Assembly: GCA_964532425.1 (NCBI GenBank)
Contig: CAZHIA010000004.1
Location: 19,740-83,739, forward strand
DNA: 64,000 bases
Direction: 5' to 3'
From: an uncultured Candidatus Saccharibacteria bacterium
GTDB taxonomy: Bacteria; Patescibacteriota; Doudnabacteria; UBA920
Shown: in pieces, positions 18,636 to 28,593 of the stretch
Position numbering within the stretch: the first letter of the stretch is position 1
How the letters are laid out: each line of letters opens with the position of its first letter
Made by a program: the position numbers and the translations under genes
The notes under the pieces: model-generated
The model's database searches: none
Told to the model about the DNA's origin: nothing
What the model saw: only the letters and a program-made list of their open reading frames with translations

Positions 18636-20861
18636 TTATTCCTCCTCTCTTTCATTGAGTTCCTTATCGCGAAGCTGCTCCCAGCTGCTGACCGTGCGGT
18701 AAATGCGGGTGTTCAACCGCTTCTGGCGGCGCTTCATATCGCGCTCGATATGCTCGATTGCATCCTTCATGGCCAACCGTGCAGCTTCCTGGTTCAATGC
18801 CCCATGAAGCTCTTCGATGGTCCAATTCAGAACGGCCGGATATTCCACCGCCACCCCGGCTAGGCGCAAGAAGAACTTCTTGAAGAATCGATACTTCGAT
18901 AGCAAGTGACCTGAGGCAGCGGCTTTTTGCCGGAATTCTTCGGCATGGAGCACATAGCAGGCGAAATGGTCGCAAAAATCATCGCGCTCATGCTTGGCAT
19001 GGCTGTACCATGTCAGGAAGTGTCCATCAAGATTCTCCGGCTTCCCGCCGGACCAGCTGATGCTTCGATATTCCTCCCGCTCATCTGCCGTCAGTTCGTT
19101 CCAGAGCGATTCGGCTACTTCATGGATAAAGACAAATCCATAAAATGCCTGGCGCGATGGAGGCAGCTCATTGTATGGCTCGTCATACTGGTGGTACAGT
19201 TCTACGCACTTCGTCTCCGCTACGTACTGGCCGATATTGAACATGCCTGACATGACCATATCCAAAGGCAAGATAGCGATATTGTATTTGACCACCGATT
19301 TGATATTGCGAAACATCACCGGCGGCAGCAAGCGGACCAAATTTTGTATGTCCTGCGCCTGTTTGAAGCTGAACTTAATATTCAGTCTGACTCGGTGGTG
19401 TTTGGGGCTTATACCCACAGCCCCCATGTCCCTTACGAAATCATGTATCCCCTTGATATTTTCGCGGGTCGCAATTTCCAGGCGGAACCCGTACTTCAGC
19501 CACAGATCGTGGTGGATATCCTCCAATAATGAAAGATCCAACCCTTGCTCAAAAGTCGCGGATACCACCTGCTCTTCCGCCTGCCGCTTCAACCGGTCAA
19601 AAAACATGGACACTGTCCGGTTGTCGCGTCCGAGATCATCCACCTCACCATGAAAAAGAACGACGGATTCTCGAATGTACCAGGAGCTGTATGGTATATA
19701 CTCAACCACGGTTCCCGACTGATCGATGAATTTGAGACCTGTCCCGTACGGCGAAACGTACCCGAAAAATGGAACCTCTCCGTCCGCCAGGCAGCGCGGA
19801 ATTTTTTGCAAGATCGCAACCAGGCGAAACAGCTCATCTTTCCGCATGGTAACGCCCCGTACCAAGTCGAAGACCGTCGCTGAAAAAACTTGCCGTTCCA
19901 AACGATCGCGACGCGATTCGAACCGGTCACGTTCCCGAGGACCGAGTCTATTCAGATGCAAAGCGAAATCAGGCACGTCGCGGAGCGAGTCAGGACCAAA
20001 CTCCTGTCGATAGGCTTCGGCGGAGACTTTTCCGAACCCCACTTGCAGCCCTTCCTGGCAGCTGTGCCATAAACATTCATACAAACGACCATTACTGATC
20101 ATGAGCGGCACTAAGGCGCGAATTTGCCGGCGTACAGCCGCTTTCCATGGTACATGCTCCAGGTAATCATCCACGCCGGTCATGCCCAGGTACGAATGCG
20201 GACCCACCGAAAGCAGCCCGGAATACACTCGGTCGGTTTCCACCGTATCCGTGCAAAAAATCATACTGTGCGTGTTTGATGAAAAATGCATGGGCACCAG
20301 ATTCCGCACACACGCTCCGGTATCTTCATCATTTTTGCTTTCGGCGGAATCCGTTCCGCACGTTATGAATGTCGCCGGTACGCGTTTCAGCAACGGCAAC
20401 AATGCTATCTCCAGCATTGTCAGTTCCGGAAAGACCTCATTCACTTCCCGAATGTTCGCAAACTTTCGGCCAAGGGCACCCAACACCGCCCGATTAAACA
20501 TGGCGAGACCATCTGCAAAACTGACACGCTTGAGAATGGCAGCTTCTAATTCTTCGCGCAGCTCATCCAAACCGAGCTTCTGCCTAAGTTCTTCAAAAGC
20601 ATCCTGCGTGTTGCGAGCGGCAATAGCGCGGCTGTTACTTGCCAGAGCCGGCAATGATTGTCCGGGTGCTGCGGAGGCATCCGCTTCCAATTGTTCAAGC
20701 CGATTATACGCTTCCGCCCGGCTGGCCGTGATGTATCCGTACAATTCCTGGCGCTCCCGGGCAACGTCGGCTGCCAGTTGCGACGGTTTATACGGCAGCA
20801 TGTCGGTAACACTGACCCTGCGCAGTTCCTGGCTTTCTTGATCCTTATCATTCTTCGACAT
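18636..20861 (-). CDS. Large hypothetical protein (741 aa) with degenerate zincin-like C-terminal region
   Basis: SD ggagg; FIHEVAE...DDFCDHFACYV; coiled-coil termini. Confidence 0.7.
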   Translation of the reverse strand: MSKNDKDQESQELRRVSVTDMLPYKPSQLAADVARERQELYGYITASRAEAYNRLEQLEADASAAPGQSLPALASNSRAIAARNTQDAFEELRQKLGLDELREELEAAILKRVSFADGLAMFNRAVLGALGRKFANIREVNEVFPELTMLEIALLPLLKRVPATFITCGTDSAESKNDEDTGACVRNLVPMHFSSNTHSMIFCTDTVETDRVYSGLLSVGPHSYLGMTGVDDYLEHVPWKAAVRRQIRALVPLMISNGRLYECLWHSCQEGLQVGFGKVSAEAYRQEFGPDSLRDVPDFALHLNRLGPRERDRFESRRDRLERQVFSATVFDLVRGVTMRKDELFRLVAILQKIPRCLADGEVPFFGYVSPYGTGLKFIDQSGTVVEYIPYSSWYIRESVVLFHGEVDDLGRDNRTVSMFFDRLKRQAEEQVVSATFEQGLDLSLLEDIHHDLWLKYGFRLEIATRENIKGIHDFVRDMGAVGISPKHHRVRLNIKFSFKQAQDIQNLVRLLPPVMFRNIKSVVKYNIAILPLDMVMSGMFNIGQYVAETKCVELYHQYDEPYNELPPSRQAFYGFVFIHEVAESLWNELTADEREEYRSISWSGGKPENLDGHFLTWYSHAKHERDDFCDHFACYVLHAEEFRQKAAASGHLLSKYRFFKKFFLRLAGVAVEYPAVLNWTIEELHGALNQEAARLAMKDAIEHIERDMKRRQKRLNTRIYRTVSSWEQLRDKELNEREEE

Positions 20862-21014
20862 ATACCCTCCTGCAAACTCGCCAATGTGCTATCTTTGGGA
20901 GTATTCACACTATGATACCAATCCGGATTGCTTTGTGCAATATTAAAAAATATTAAAACTGCCATTGAAACCATAGTCTCAAGCTGGTATACTGCCCCAT
21001 GTACAGGAGGCTCT

Positions 21015-21290
21015 ATGACTACGCATACCGGCGGGGCCACTACCCCCAAGATCGTGTCTCGCAAAGAAGGAAATCGCACCATTGTACGGATCGGTAATCA
21101 GGAAATGAGCCTGGATGATTTCCGGCAAGCGGTACTGCACGTCATGTGCAATACTACCCTGGATGGTCCCCATGATCCGCGCCGCGAACTCTTTCGCGAC
21201 TTCAGCTCTATGAGCGAGTGGAATGATGGCAACGGTCCCCGTTTCGTGGGCATCCGCCCTTCGGTCCGCAGCCACTGCGACGCGTTTTGA
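21015..21290 (+). CDS. Hypothetical ORFan (91 aa)
   Basis: SD aggagg; terminator at 21310-21343. Confidence 0.6.
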   Translation: MTTHTGGATTPKIVSRKEGNRTIVRIGNQEMSLDDFRQAVLHVMCNTTLDGPHDPRRELFRDFSSMSEWNDGNGPRFVGIRPSVRSHCDAF

Positions 21291-21359
21291 CGGAACGCTG
21301 CATGCACGAAAAACCCCGTCCTGCACTGTGCAGGACGGGGTTTCTTATATCAAAACCGG

Positions 21360-23267
21360 TCAGGCTTCCACGGTCTCCTGGAGCACTTCTTCCGCGTGGC
21401 GGCGCTGGGTCTGTAAATTGTATATACGGGCATACTCCCCGTTTGTCGCCAGCAATTGATTGTGTGTACCGCGCTCTACGACTGCACCGCCGACAAGCAG
21501 GAGAATTTCGTCGCTATCAATGACCGTAGCAAATCGATGTGCAACCGTAATTGAGGTCACGCCTTTGGATACCTCCAATATGCTCTTCCGAATCTGTTCT
21601 TCAGTACTGCTATCGAGCGCTGAGGTAGCTTCGTCGAAAATGAGAACGTCGGGCCGCTTAATGATCGATCGGGCAATGGCAATGCGCTGTTTTTCGCCGC
21701 CCGAAACCATCAATCCCCGCTCTCCGACTTTTGTCAGCAATCCGTCGGACAGTTTGGCCAAAAACGGCTGCAGACTGGCGCGCTGCGCCGCATCCGCTAC
21801 CGCTTCTTCCGGCGCGGCAAAGCTGCCATAGCGGATATTGTCCGCGATGGTGGTATTGAATAGGACGTTATCCTGCAACACAAGCCCGATGCGCTTGTGC
21901 AGGGACTCGATGTCATAGTCTTGAATGGGGCGGCCGTCAATAAGGATCTCGCCCGAAGTCGGCTCATAGAACCGCAACAGTAGTTTGACGATGGTCGATT
22001 TACCGCTGCCGGTCTGCCCGACCAGGGCCAACTTCTTCCCGGGTTCGACCGTAAAAGAGATGTTCTGAAGTATGGGCCGAGGTTTTTGATTGGCGTCATC
22101 CTGAGCCGTGAGTGCATCCGAACGGCGAAGGATCCCATTTCTGGTGCCATCCGTAAATTGAGATGCTTCGTCGGATGCACTCCTCAGCATGACGCCAAAA
22201 GAAGGGCCATAGTCAAAGCTGACATTTTTAAATTCCACCTTCCCGCGCAACTTTTCCACTTTCGTCGCCCCCGGTTTGCTCCGAATCGTGACCGGTTCAT
22301 TGAGCACGCTCTGCAGCCGGTCGACTGCCGCAACACCTTCGCTGTATTTGGTGTAGATATCACCCAGATCGTATAACGGTTGGTATACGGCAAACGAATA
22401 GAAGTTGAACAGGATGACATTAGCAAAAGACAGCAGTCCGCGGAAACTCAACACCGCGCCCCACCACAGAAGTACCACGCGCGCCAGATTCACGACCGTA
22501 CCTTGGGCAAATCCTAAAGCCTGATACGAGACGGTTTTCTTCTTGAGCCGCACATGTGACAGCTGGTTGTCATGGTGCAAATTCTCCTCTTCGTGTTGTT
22601 CGGAGGAAAAAGCTTTGACCAACTCGATATGGCTAACTGCTTCAAACGAAGAGCCGAACAATTGTTCATTGATCTTATTAATCTCAACCTGGGTCCGCTT
22701 AATGCGGCGGGTGAAAACCCAGGTCACTAAAAAGAACAATGGAATGAATCCGAACAGGGCAACACCCATGCGCCAGGATTTCCAAAAAACAATCCCAAAC
22801 ACGACCACGATGGAAAAAGAGTTCTGGAAAATCTTATCGAATATGACCGAGAATAGGGACGTAATGTCATCGCGCGCCTTAGAAAGCTTGCGGAAGACTT
22901 CCCCGGCTTTTTCCTGGCTGTGAAAAGCCATGGGTAGTTGCAGGACATGGCTGTAGGCGTGTTCCAGGACGCGAATGCCGATGCGGTCAGCCACGGTAGA
23001 TACGAAGTAGGACTGCAGATTCTTAAAGGTGCGCGCGCCGAAGGCCACGCCAATCCAAGACAACACTACAAGCGTCAGGCTTCTGAAAAAATTCTGCGGA
23101 CTGCCGAAGCTGTACGGATTAGCCATGTACTTGCTGATGATCGTGGCGAAAAAGAACGGCTCTACCAACGACAATGACTGGCTTAAAATAACGAATAAAA
23201 AAATGAGGGCTATTTTGCCCTTTTCCTGCTGCCAATAATGGGAGAGAAAACGTAAATAAGGGAACAT
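21360..23267 (-). CDS. ABC exporter, fused permease/ATPase (MsbA/Atm1-like)
   Basis: Six-TM domain; Walker A GQTGSGKST, signature VSGGEKQR, Walker B LIFDEATSALD, H-loop AHR. Confidence 0.93.
   Translation of the reverse strand: MFPYLRFLSHYWQQEKGKIALIFLFVILSQSLSLVEPFFFATIISKYMANPYSFGSPQNFFRSLTLVVLSWIGVAFGARTFKNLQSYFVSTVADRIGIRVLEHAYSHVLQLPMAFHSQEKAGEVFRKLSKARDDITSLFSVIFDKIFQNSFSIVVVFGIVFWKSWRMGVALFGFIPLFFLVTWVFTRRIKRTQVEINKINEQLFGSSFEAVSHIELVKAFSSEQHEEENLHHDNQLSHVRLKKKTVSYQALGFAQGTVVNLARVVLLWWGAVLSFRGLLSFANVILFNFYSFAVYQPLYDLGDIYTKYSEGVAAVDRLQSVLNEPVTIRSKPGATKVEKLRGKVEFKNVSFDYGPSFGVMLRSASDEASQFTDGTRNGILRRSDALTAQDDANQKPRPILQNISFTVEPGKKLALVGQTGSGKSTIVKLLLRFYEPTSGEILIDGRPIQDYDIESLHKRIGLVLQDNVLFNTTIADNIRYGSFAAPEEAVADAAQRASLQPFLAKLSDGLLTKVGERGLMVSGGEKQRIAIARSIIKRPDVLIFDEATSALDSSTEEQIRKSILEVSKGVTSITVAHRFATVIDSDEILLLVGGAVVERGTHNQLLATNGEYARIYNLQTQRRHAEEVLQETVEA
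22090..22198. repeat. Palindromic element inserted in frame in the ABC transporter gene
   Basis: ttggcgtcatcctgag...cgaaggatc...gatgcttcg...ctcagcatgacgccaa; left arm nearly identical to 28505-28535. Confidence 0.8.
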
Positions 23268-23365
23268 ATGATATTATAGTTTCTAATGCTTCAATCTATG
23301 TATCTTATAGACGTATAGTATCACGAATTTTTAAAGTTTGGATAATGAGGCTAGACTTAACCAGT

Positions 23366-23471
23366 TTATGTAACTCGTTATTCGGTACGCGAAGGCGCAT
23401 AGTAAGCCGCTTACCGCGAGACATTAGCCGATACGCTCAGCGCTACCGAATAACGTAAAACGTATACAAAC
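23366..23471. repeat. Long intergenic hairpin between divergent genes (MITE-like or ncRNA)
   Basis: cgttattcggta...taccgaataacg stem with inner hairpins. Confidence 0.5.
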
Positions 23472-23507
23472 AATGACTTTCCCCCAACATTTTGCTACAA
23501 TTAAGCC

Positions 23508-24830
23508 ATGAAAAATGCTATATATAAAAGCTTTATCTATCTGTTTCTGGCTTTTAACCTGGTACTCATCGGCATGCTCTGGTGGCATGGTTCCGGCAGC
23601 TTATTCATGTTTGACGGCACCGGCCGGATGATTGCGCTCGGCAGGCTCACTGGCTTGCTGGCAGAAGCTTGCATCGCCCTGCAGCTCGTGCTTATCGGGC
23701 GCATTAGCTGGATCGAACAAGTGTTCGGCCACGACCGCATGAACAAGCTTCACCGGATCATTGGCTACTCTACAGCTGCGGTACTGGTCCTGCATCCGGT
23801 CTTGCTGACCATCGGGTATGCACGCCAAAATGAAACCGGCCTGGTCCAACAATTTCTCAATTTCCTCAACAATTGGGAAGATGTCTTTAAAGCCTTGATC
23901 GGCGTAGTGCTGATTTTGGGGACTATCGTCATCTCCCTCGCTATCATCCGAAAACGCCTGCGATACGAAACCTGGCATTTCGCCCACCTCATCGTCTATG
24001 TGGCAGTACTACTCGCTCTGGGCCACCAGACTAACTTTGGCGATTTTATGGACGAAAACCCGCAGGTCGCGTACTGGTACGTACTCAATTACGGCGCTCT
24101 GGGATTGCTTATCCTGTACCGGTTCCTGCGGCCGCTCTATAACTTTTGGCGATATCGCTTCGCTGTAGAAAAGGTCACACCAGAAAACGCCGACACTGCA
24201 TCCGTTTATATTACCGGCCGCAATATGCCTAAGTTCAAATTCCAGGCTGGGCAATTCGCTAACCTCACGTTCCTGCAAAAGGGCATGTGGTTTACCCATC
24301 CATTCTCATTTTCTGCCGCACCCGGCAATAGTGTACGATTCACCATCAAAGCTTCCGGTGATTTTACGAACACGGTCCGGGACTTAAAGCCAGGGACCCG
24401 TGTCATCATTGACGGCCCTCTCGGACGATTCACCGAAGCTTCATCCCGAGGCGACAAATATCTCTTCTTGGCCGGTGGCATCGGCATTACCCCAATCCGC
24501 GCGCTCATGGAATCACTGTCCGCCGAACATAAGGACATTGTTTTGCTTTATGCGGCCAAAACCCCAGATGACATAGTTTTCCGGCAAGAATTGGAACAGC
24601 TCCAACACCGGTATCATTTTGTCATGTCCCAAATTTCGGAAGCTTCAGCCGGAGGGGCATTCGAAACAGGACGGATAGACGAAGAAAAAGTCAGGCGATT
24701 GGTTCCTGATTTTTCGCAACGGGAAGCGTACATCTGCGGGCCAGAACCCATGATTAATGCAATGCAAAGATTGATGCTGTCGCTGGGCACCGACAAATCG
24801 CGGATACATTTTGAGAAGTTTGAATACTGA
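23508..24830 (+). CDS. Ferric reductase-like transmembrane / FAD-NAD-binding oxidoreductase
   Basis: Heme His residues (LHRIIG, LHP, WHFAH), HPFSFS, DGPLGRF, AGGIGITP, YICGP, HFEKF. Confidence 0.9.
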   Translation: MKNAIYKSFIYLFLAFNLVLIGMLWWHGSGSLFMFDGTGRMIALGRLTGLLAEACIALQLVLIGRISWIEQVFGHDRMNKLHRIIGYSTAAVLVLHPVLLTIGYARQNETGLVQQFLNFLNNWEDVFKALIGVVLILGTIVISLAIIRKRLRYETWHFAHLIVYVAVLLALGHQTNFGDFMDENPQVAYWYVLNYGALGLLILYRFLRPLYNFWRYRFAVEKVTPENADTASVYITGRNMPKFKFQAGQFANLTFLQKGMWFTHPFSFSAAPGNSVRFTIKASGDFTNTVRDLKPGTRVIIDGPLGRFTEASSRGDKYLFLAGGIGITPIRALMESLSAEHKDIVLLYAAKTPDDIVFRQELEQLQHRYHFVMSQISEASAGGAFETGRIDEEKVRRLVPDFSQREAYICGPEPMINAMQRLMLSLGTDKSRIHFEKFEY

Positions 24831-24921
24831 TAGTCCTTTAGTCCTGTGATCGTGTAGAGATAGCATGTGAAGACAGGAACTGCTCGCAATGCTTCGACAA
24901 ACATCATAATGCGACTATTGC

Positions 24922-25119
24922 AACGGGCGCCTGACAGCAGCCCCTACACTGCAATGATCCCTGTAGGGGCAAGCGACAGCTGCCCGTTCACCAACAAGTG
25001 GCACTCTCCTTGAATCTCCGAGGCGGGCGCCTGTCGGCGGCCCCTACGCTGCAGTTGTCTTCTGTAGGGGCTAGCGATCCTGTCCGCCGAAGCCTTGGCG
25101 AAGGCGGAAGCTGCCCGCC
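24922..25119. repeat. Cluster of GTAGGGG-type REPs, the last one interrupted by another palindrome
   Basis: aacgggcgcctgacagcagcccctac / gtaggggcaagcgacagctgcccgtt / gcgggcgcctgtcggcggcccctac / gtagggggctagc[ctgtccgccgaagccttggcgaaggcgga]agctgcccgc. Confidence 0.75.
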
Positions 25120-25205
25120 AATTGAAAATCGAAATTCTAAATACAATTTGCAAAACGGGAAGTTCGTATGCGTCACACACACTGTCTGTAAAGACAGTTT
25201 TTTAT

Positions 25206-25901
25206 ATGCAAACAAAGAAAATCCTTTCAACTATCATCATTCTCGTCGCTGCTGCCGGAGTGTCCACCTATTTGCTCCACCGCCCGAGCGCGACCCGTAT
25301 TCCGCAGAACGAGAGCAAGGCCGCGACGGATACCAGCCAATCTGCAGCCACAACAAGCCCGTCTACGGCATTAGATAACACTCCGACGATCACCCAAAGT
25401 TCGGGTCTTGTTGATCCCATTGCCGGCGGAAAATCCCGCGTCACCAAAAAACCGTTCGGCATATACGTTTCTCCCGGCCACTCCCCCATCTCGCCCGAGC
25501 GATTCACCGGATTCCATACCGGAGCGGATTTCGAAACCACACCCGAAGAACAGAATGCGGATGTGGCGATTTCTGCAATTTGTAACGGTCCGCTGTTGTT
25601 AAAGGAGTACGTCAACGGTTATGGTGGAGTTGCGGTGCAGTCATGTACGATCAGCAGCGAAAAAGCCACAGTGCTTTACGGCCATCTGCGTCTGGCGAGC
25701 ATTACCCCTGCCGTCGGAGACCAGCTGAAGGCTGGTCAGACGTTCGCCGTGCTCGGTACTGGTTACAGCACCGAAACTGATGGCGAACGGAAACATTTGC
25801 ATCTATCGATCCACAAAGGCCCATCAGTTGTCCTGCTTGGTTATGTTCAAAAACAGTCGGAGCTTTCGACATGGATCGATCCGGAGACGGTACTGCCGTA
25901 G
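25206..25901 (+). CDS. M23 family metallopeptidase (peptidoglycan hydrolase)
   Basis: N-terminal TM segment; HTGADF, YGG, YGHL, HLHL. Confidence 0.88.
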   Translation: MQTKKILSTIIILVAAAGVSTYLLHRPSATRIPQNESKAATDTSQSAATTSPSTALDNTPTITQSSGLVDPIAGGKSRVTKKPFGIYVSPGHSPISPERFTGFHTGADFETTPEEQNADVAISAICNGPLLLKEYVNGYGGVAVQSCTISSEKATVLYGHLRLASITPAVGDQLKAGQTFAVLGTGYSTETDGERKHLHLSIHKGPSVVLLGYVQKQSELSTWIDPETVLP

Positions 25902-25907
25902 AGATGG

Positions 25908-25996
25908 CTATAGAAAAATAAAAAGATAAAAAAATAGAAAAATTGGAAAAATTTTGGGCTAATCTTTTTATTTATCTATTTTCTATTTTTCTATAG
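25908..25996. repeat. AT-rich tandem/inverted repeat (atagaaaa units)
   Basis: ctatagaaaaataaaagataaaa ... ttttctattttctatag. Confidence 0.6.
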
Positions 25997-26027
25997 TCGT
26001 TATGCGGTTTTCTGGTATACTATATAT

Positions 26028-28376
26028 ATGGGAAAAATGGCAAATTTTATCGCCACATACCAGGTCGTTAAGAAACATTTTAAAAAAGTTGCGTTTCAAA
26101 ATGCCGTGACTCTGGTCAACGGGATCTTTTTTGTGGTCTGCCTGCTCCTGCTCGTATTTCTGGAATTTCACGAGGCGCTGTTTTTAGCCATCGTTTTGTT
26201 CCTCAACATCATTATCGGCATTATTCAAGATTTACGCGCCAAGGTTGCCCTGGAGCGGTTACAGATTCTCATGACCCCCAAAATTACGCGATTGCACAAG
26301 AACGGGCTCGAAGAGACTGTCCGGTTGGAGGACGTTACCATGGGAGACGTACTCAAGGTTTCGCTCGGCGACCAAATTCCGGCTGACGGCGTGATAGTGG
26401 AAAGCCGCGGCCTTGAAGTAAACGAAGCGCTCATTACCGGAGAATCCAATAGCGTAGCCAAAACCGTGGGAAGCAAGACACTCGCCGGCAGCATTGCCAC
26501 AGCCGGATGGGGTAGTCTGCAAGTTACCGTTCCCCCGTCAGAGAGCTTTGTCTCGCAGATGACCAACAAGATCAAGCAGTACACGATCAACCTGAGTCCT
26601 ATTCAGCAGACACTCAACACGTTCATCACGTACATGACTTATCTCCTGCTGGCCGTGGTCATATACGTCATTTACCACGGACTAACCGTCCATGAACTGC
26701 TCGTCTCAATAGTCAAAGATATTGCCGCACTGACCGGTACGCTCGTCCCACAAGGATTAATATTGGCCACCACCGTATTCTTCGCTTATGGCGCCGTTCG
26801 CTTATTCCGCAAGCAAGTTCTGCTCCAAGAGATCAATGCCACGGAAAAGCTGGGACGGATAAAGAACCTTTGCATAGACAAGACCGGCACACTGACCGAG
26901 AATAAGCCCACACTCGAATCAATCGAGCTATACGGAGGTACCACGCAGGATCAGGCATTGCAGTTGATCGATGGATACATCCAAGCCAACAATGACGCTT
27001 CGGAGACTACCAAGGCCATACAGGCGGGACGCAAACCAACCTTCCAAGGTTCAGTCAGTGATTCCCTCCCTTTTTCTTCTACCCGGAAATTTGGCACAGC
27101 CACTCTTCTGCAACCGGGTGGAACATTTGTCACCATTACTGTGGGAGCCCCTGATGTTCTCCTGACGCGCCTGGGACTGGCTGCCGAACAGGAATGGTTG
27201 AATGCCGTGATCAACCATTACGCCACCCAAGCCAAACGTTTAGTCTTGCTGGCTATGGCTGACCAGAATATGCTGGAGGCGCCGGTCCAAGAGTCCGTAC
27301 TCCACCCGGTTGCCGTGTTCGTGCTATCCAATCCCCTCCGTACCGGCACGACAGATATCATCAACTTCTTCCAGAACCGCGGGGTCAGTATCCGCGTCAT
27401 TTCCGGTGACAACCCGAAGACTGTCCAAGCAATAGCCGTACAAGCGGGTATTAAGCACGCAGACATAATTGTCACCGGTCCGGAAATTGAGCGTTGGGAT
27501 AGCGAGGAATTCCAGGAACGTATTCCGGCCTACCACTTATTCGCCCGCATCAAACCGGAACAAAAAGAACGTATTGTCGAATTGTTCAAAACCCAAGGAT
27601 TCACGGCCATGGTCGGCGACGGAGCCAATGACGCACTTGCCATTAAAAAATCCGACCTCGGGATTGCCATGTTCGACGGCGCCGGCGCCACAAGGCAGAT
27701 TGCCCAAGTCGTGCTCATGAACAACAGTTTTGCCGCGCTTCCCACCGGAGTCAATCTGGCCGAGACCATCATCACGAACATCGAACTGGTCGCCAGCGCA
27801 TTCTTCTACTCGGTCACTGTTGGATTGTCATTGTTTCTCATCCTCGCAATCCTCGGCTACACCTACCCGCTCTCTCCCCGCAACACCACCATTATCAACT
27901 ATTTCATTGTCTGGCTGCCCATGGTCTACTGGACCGTATTCCCTGCCCACCAGGAAAGCACAGAGGAAAATCGGTCATTTCTCAGACGAGTGCTGCCTTA
28001 TTCCATCCTGAATGGCGTTTTGACCGCGTTTGCGGCTACTTTGGCCTTTGCCTTGGGACCGGAAGCTTTGCGCTTTTCCGGCTCGCATATACTGGTGGTA
28101 CTAACCGTGGCCGCTCTTGGATTTTGGTTCTTCGTGCTCACCCCTATTGCACACCGTATCCCGGTCACGAAGCAGCAAAAGAAGGTTATTTACCTGCTGG
28201 CCGGCATTGGCGCGGTGTTTCTTATCTTTGTTATGTTCCACCCGGGGCTCTCTGAATTCTTCGATCTGCAACGGCCAACCCTGCTCCCGCTCATTTCCGC
28301 CCTCAGCATCAGCTTCCTCGTGGGATGGCTGCAGTTTCAGCTTGTCAAACGATTCTTTGCCAGGCCAAAAACCTAA
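26028..28376 (+). CDS. P-type ATPase, CtpE-like cation transporter
   Basis: TGES, VPQGL, DKTGTLT, ISGDN, MVGDGAND. Confidence 0.9.
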   Translation: MGKMANFIATYQVVKKHFKKVAFQNAVTLVNGIFFVVCLLLLVFLEFHEALFLAIVLFLNIIIGIIQDLRAKVALERLQILMTPKITRLHKNGLEETVRLEDVTMGDVLKVSLGDQIPADGVIVESRGLEVNEALITGESNSVAKTVGSKTLAGSIATAGWGSLQVTVPPSESFVSQMTNKIKQYTINLSPIQQTLNTFITYMTYLLLAVVIYVIYHGLTVHELLVSIVKDIAALTGTLVPQGLILATTVFFAYGAVRLFRKQVLLQEINATEKLGRIKNLCIDKTGTLTENKPTLESIELYGGTTQDQALQLIDGYIQANNDASETTKAIQAGRKPTFQGSVSDSLPFSSTRKFGTATLLQPGGTFVTITVGAPDVLLTRLGLAAEQEWLNAVINHYATQAKRLVLLAMADQNMLEAPVQESVLHPVAVFVLSNPLRTGTTDIINFFQNRGVSIRVISGDNPKTVQAIAVQAGIKHADIIVTGPEIERWDSEEFQERIPAYHLFARIKPEQKERIVELFKTQGFTAMVGDGANDALAIKKSDLGIAMFDGAGATRQIAQVVLMNNSFAALPTGVNLAETIITNIELVASAFFYSVTVGLSLFLILAILGYTYPLSPRNTTIINYFIVWLPMVYWTVFPAHQESTEENRSFLRRVLPYSILNGVLTAFAATLAFALGPEALRFSGSHILVVLTVAALGFWFFVLTPIAHRIPVTKQQKKVIYLLAGIGAVFLIFVMFHPGLSEFFDLQRPTLLPLISALSISFLVGWLQFQLVKRFFARPKT

Positions 28377-28441
28377 ACAAGGACTCTCATAAACCCCCTT
28401 TTACATTTGATTCCACCAGTCCGCAATGGCATGCTCTTGTT

Positions 28442-28593
28442 TGTCATTGCGAGCCAAGAAAATTTCAATGTTAAATTTTCTTGGCGAAGCAATCTTATGT
28501 GTACGGCGTCATCCTGAGTGCATCCGAAGGATCTCAATGCCAGGAAAGATTGCTTCGTCAAAAAGATAAAGCCCTTTTCTCCTCGCAATGACA
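28442..28593. repeat. Composite palindromic element (RPE-like) with nested arm
   Basis: tgtcattgcgag...cgaagcaatc [ggcgtcatcctgagtgcatccgaaggatctc] gattgcttcg...cctcgcaatgaca. Confidence 0.8.
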
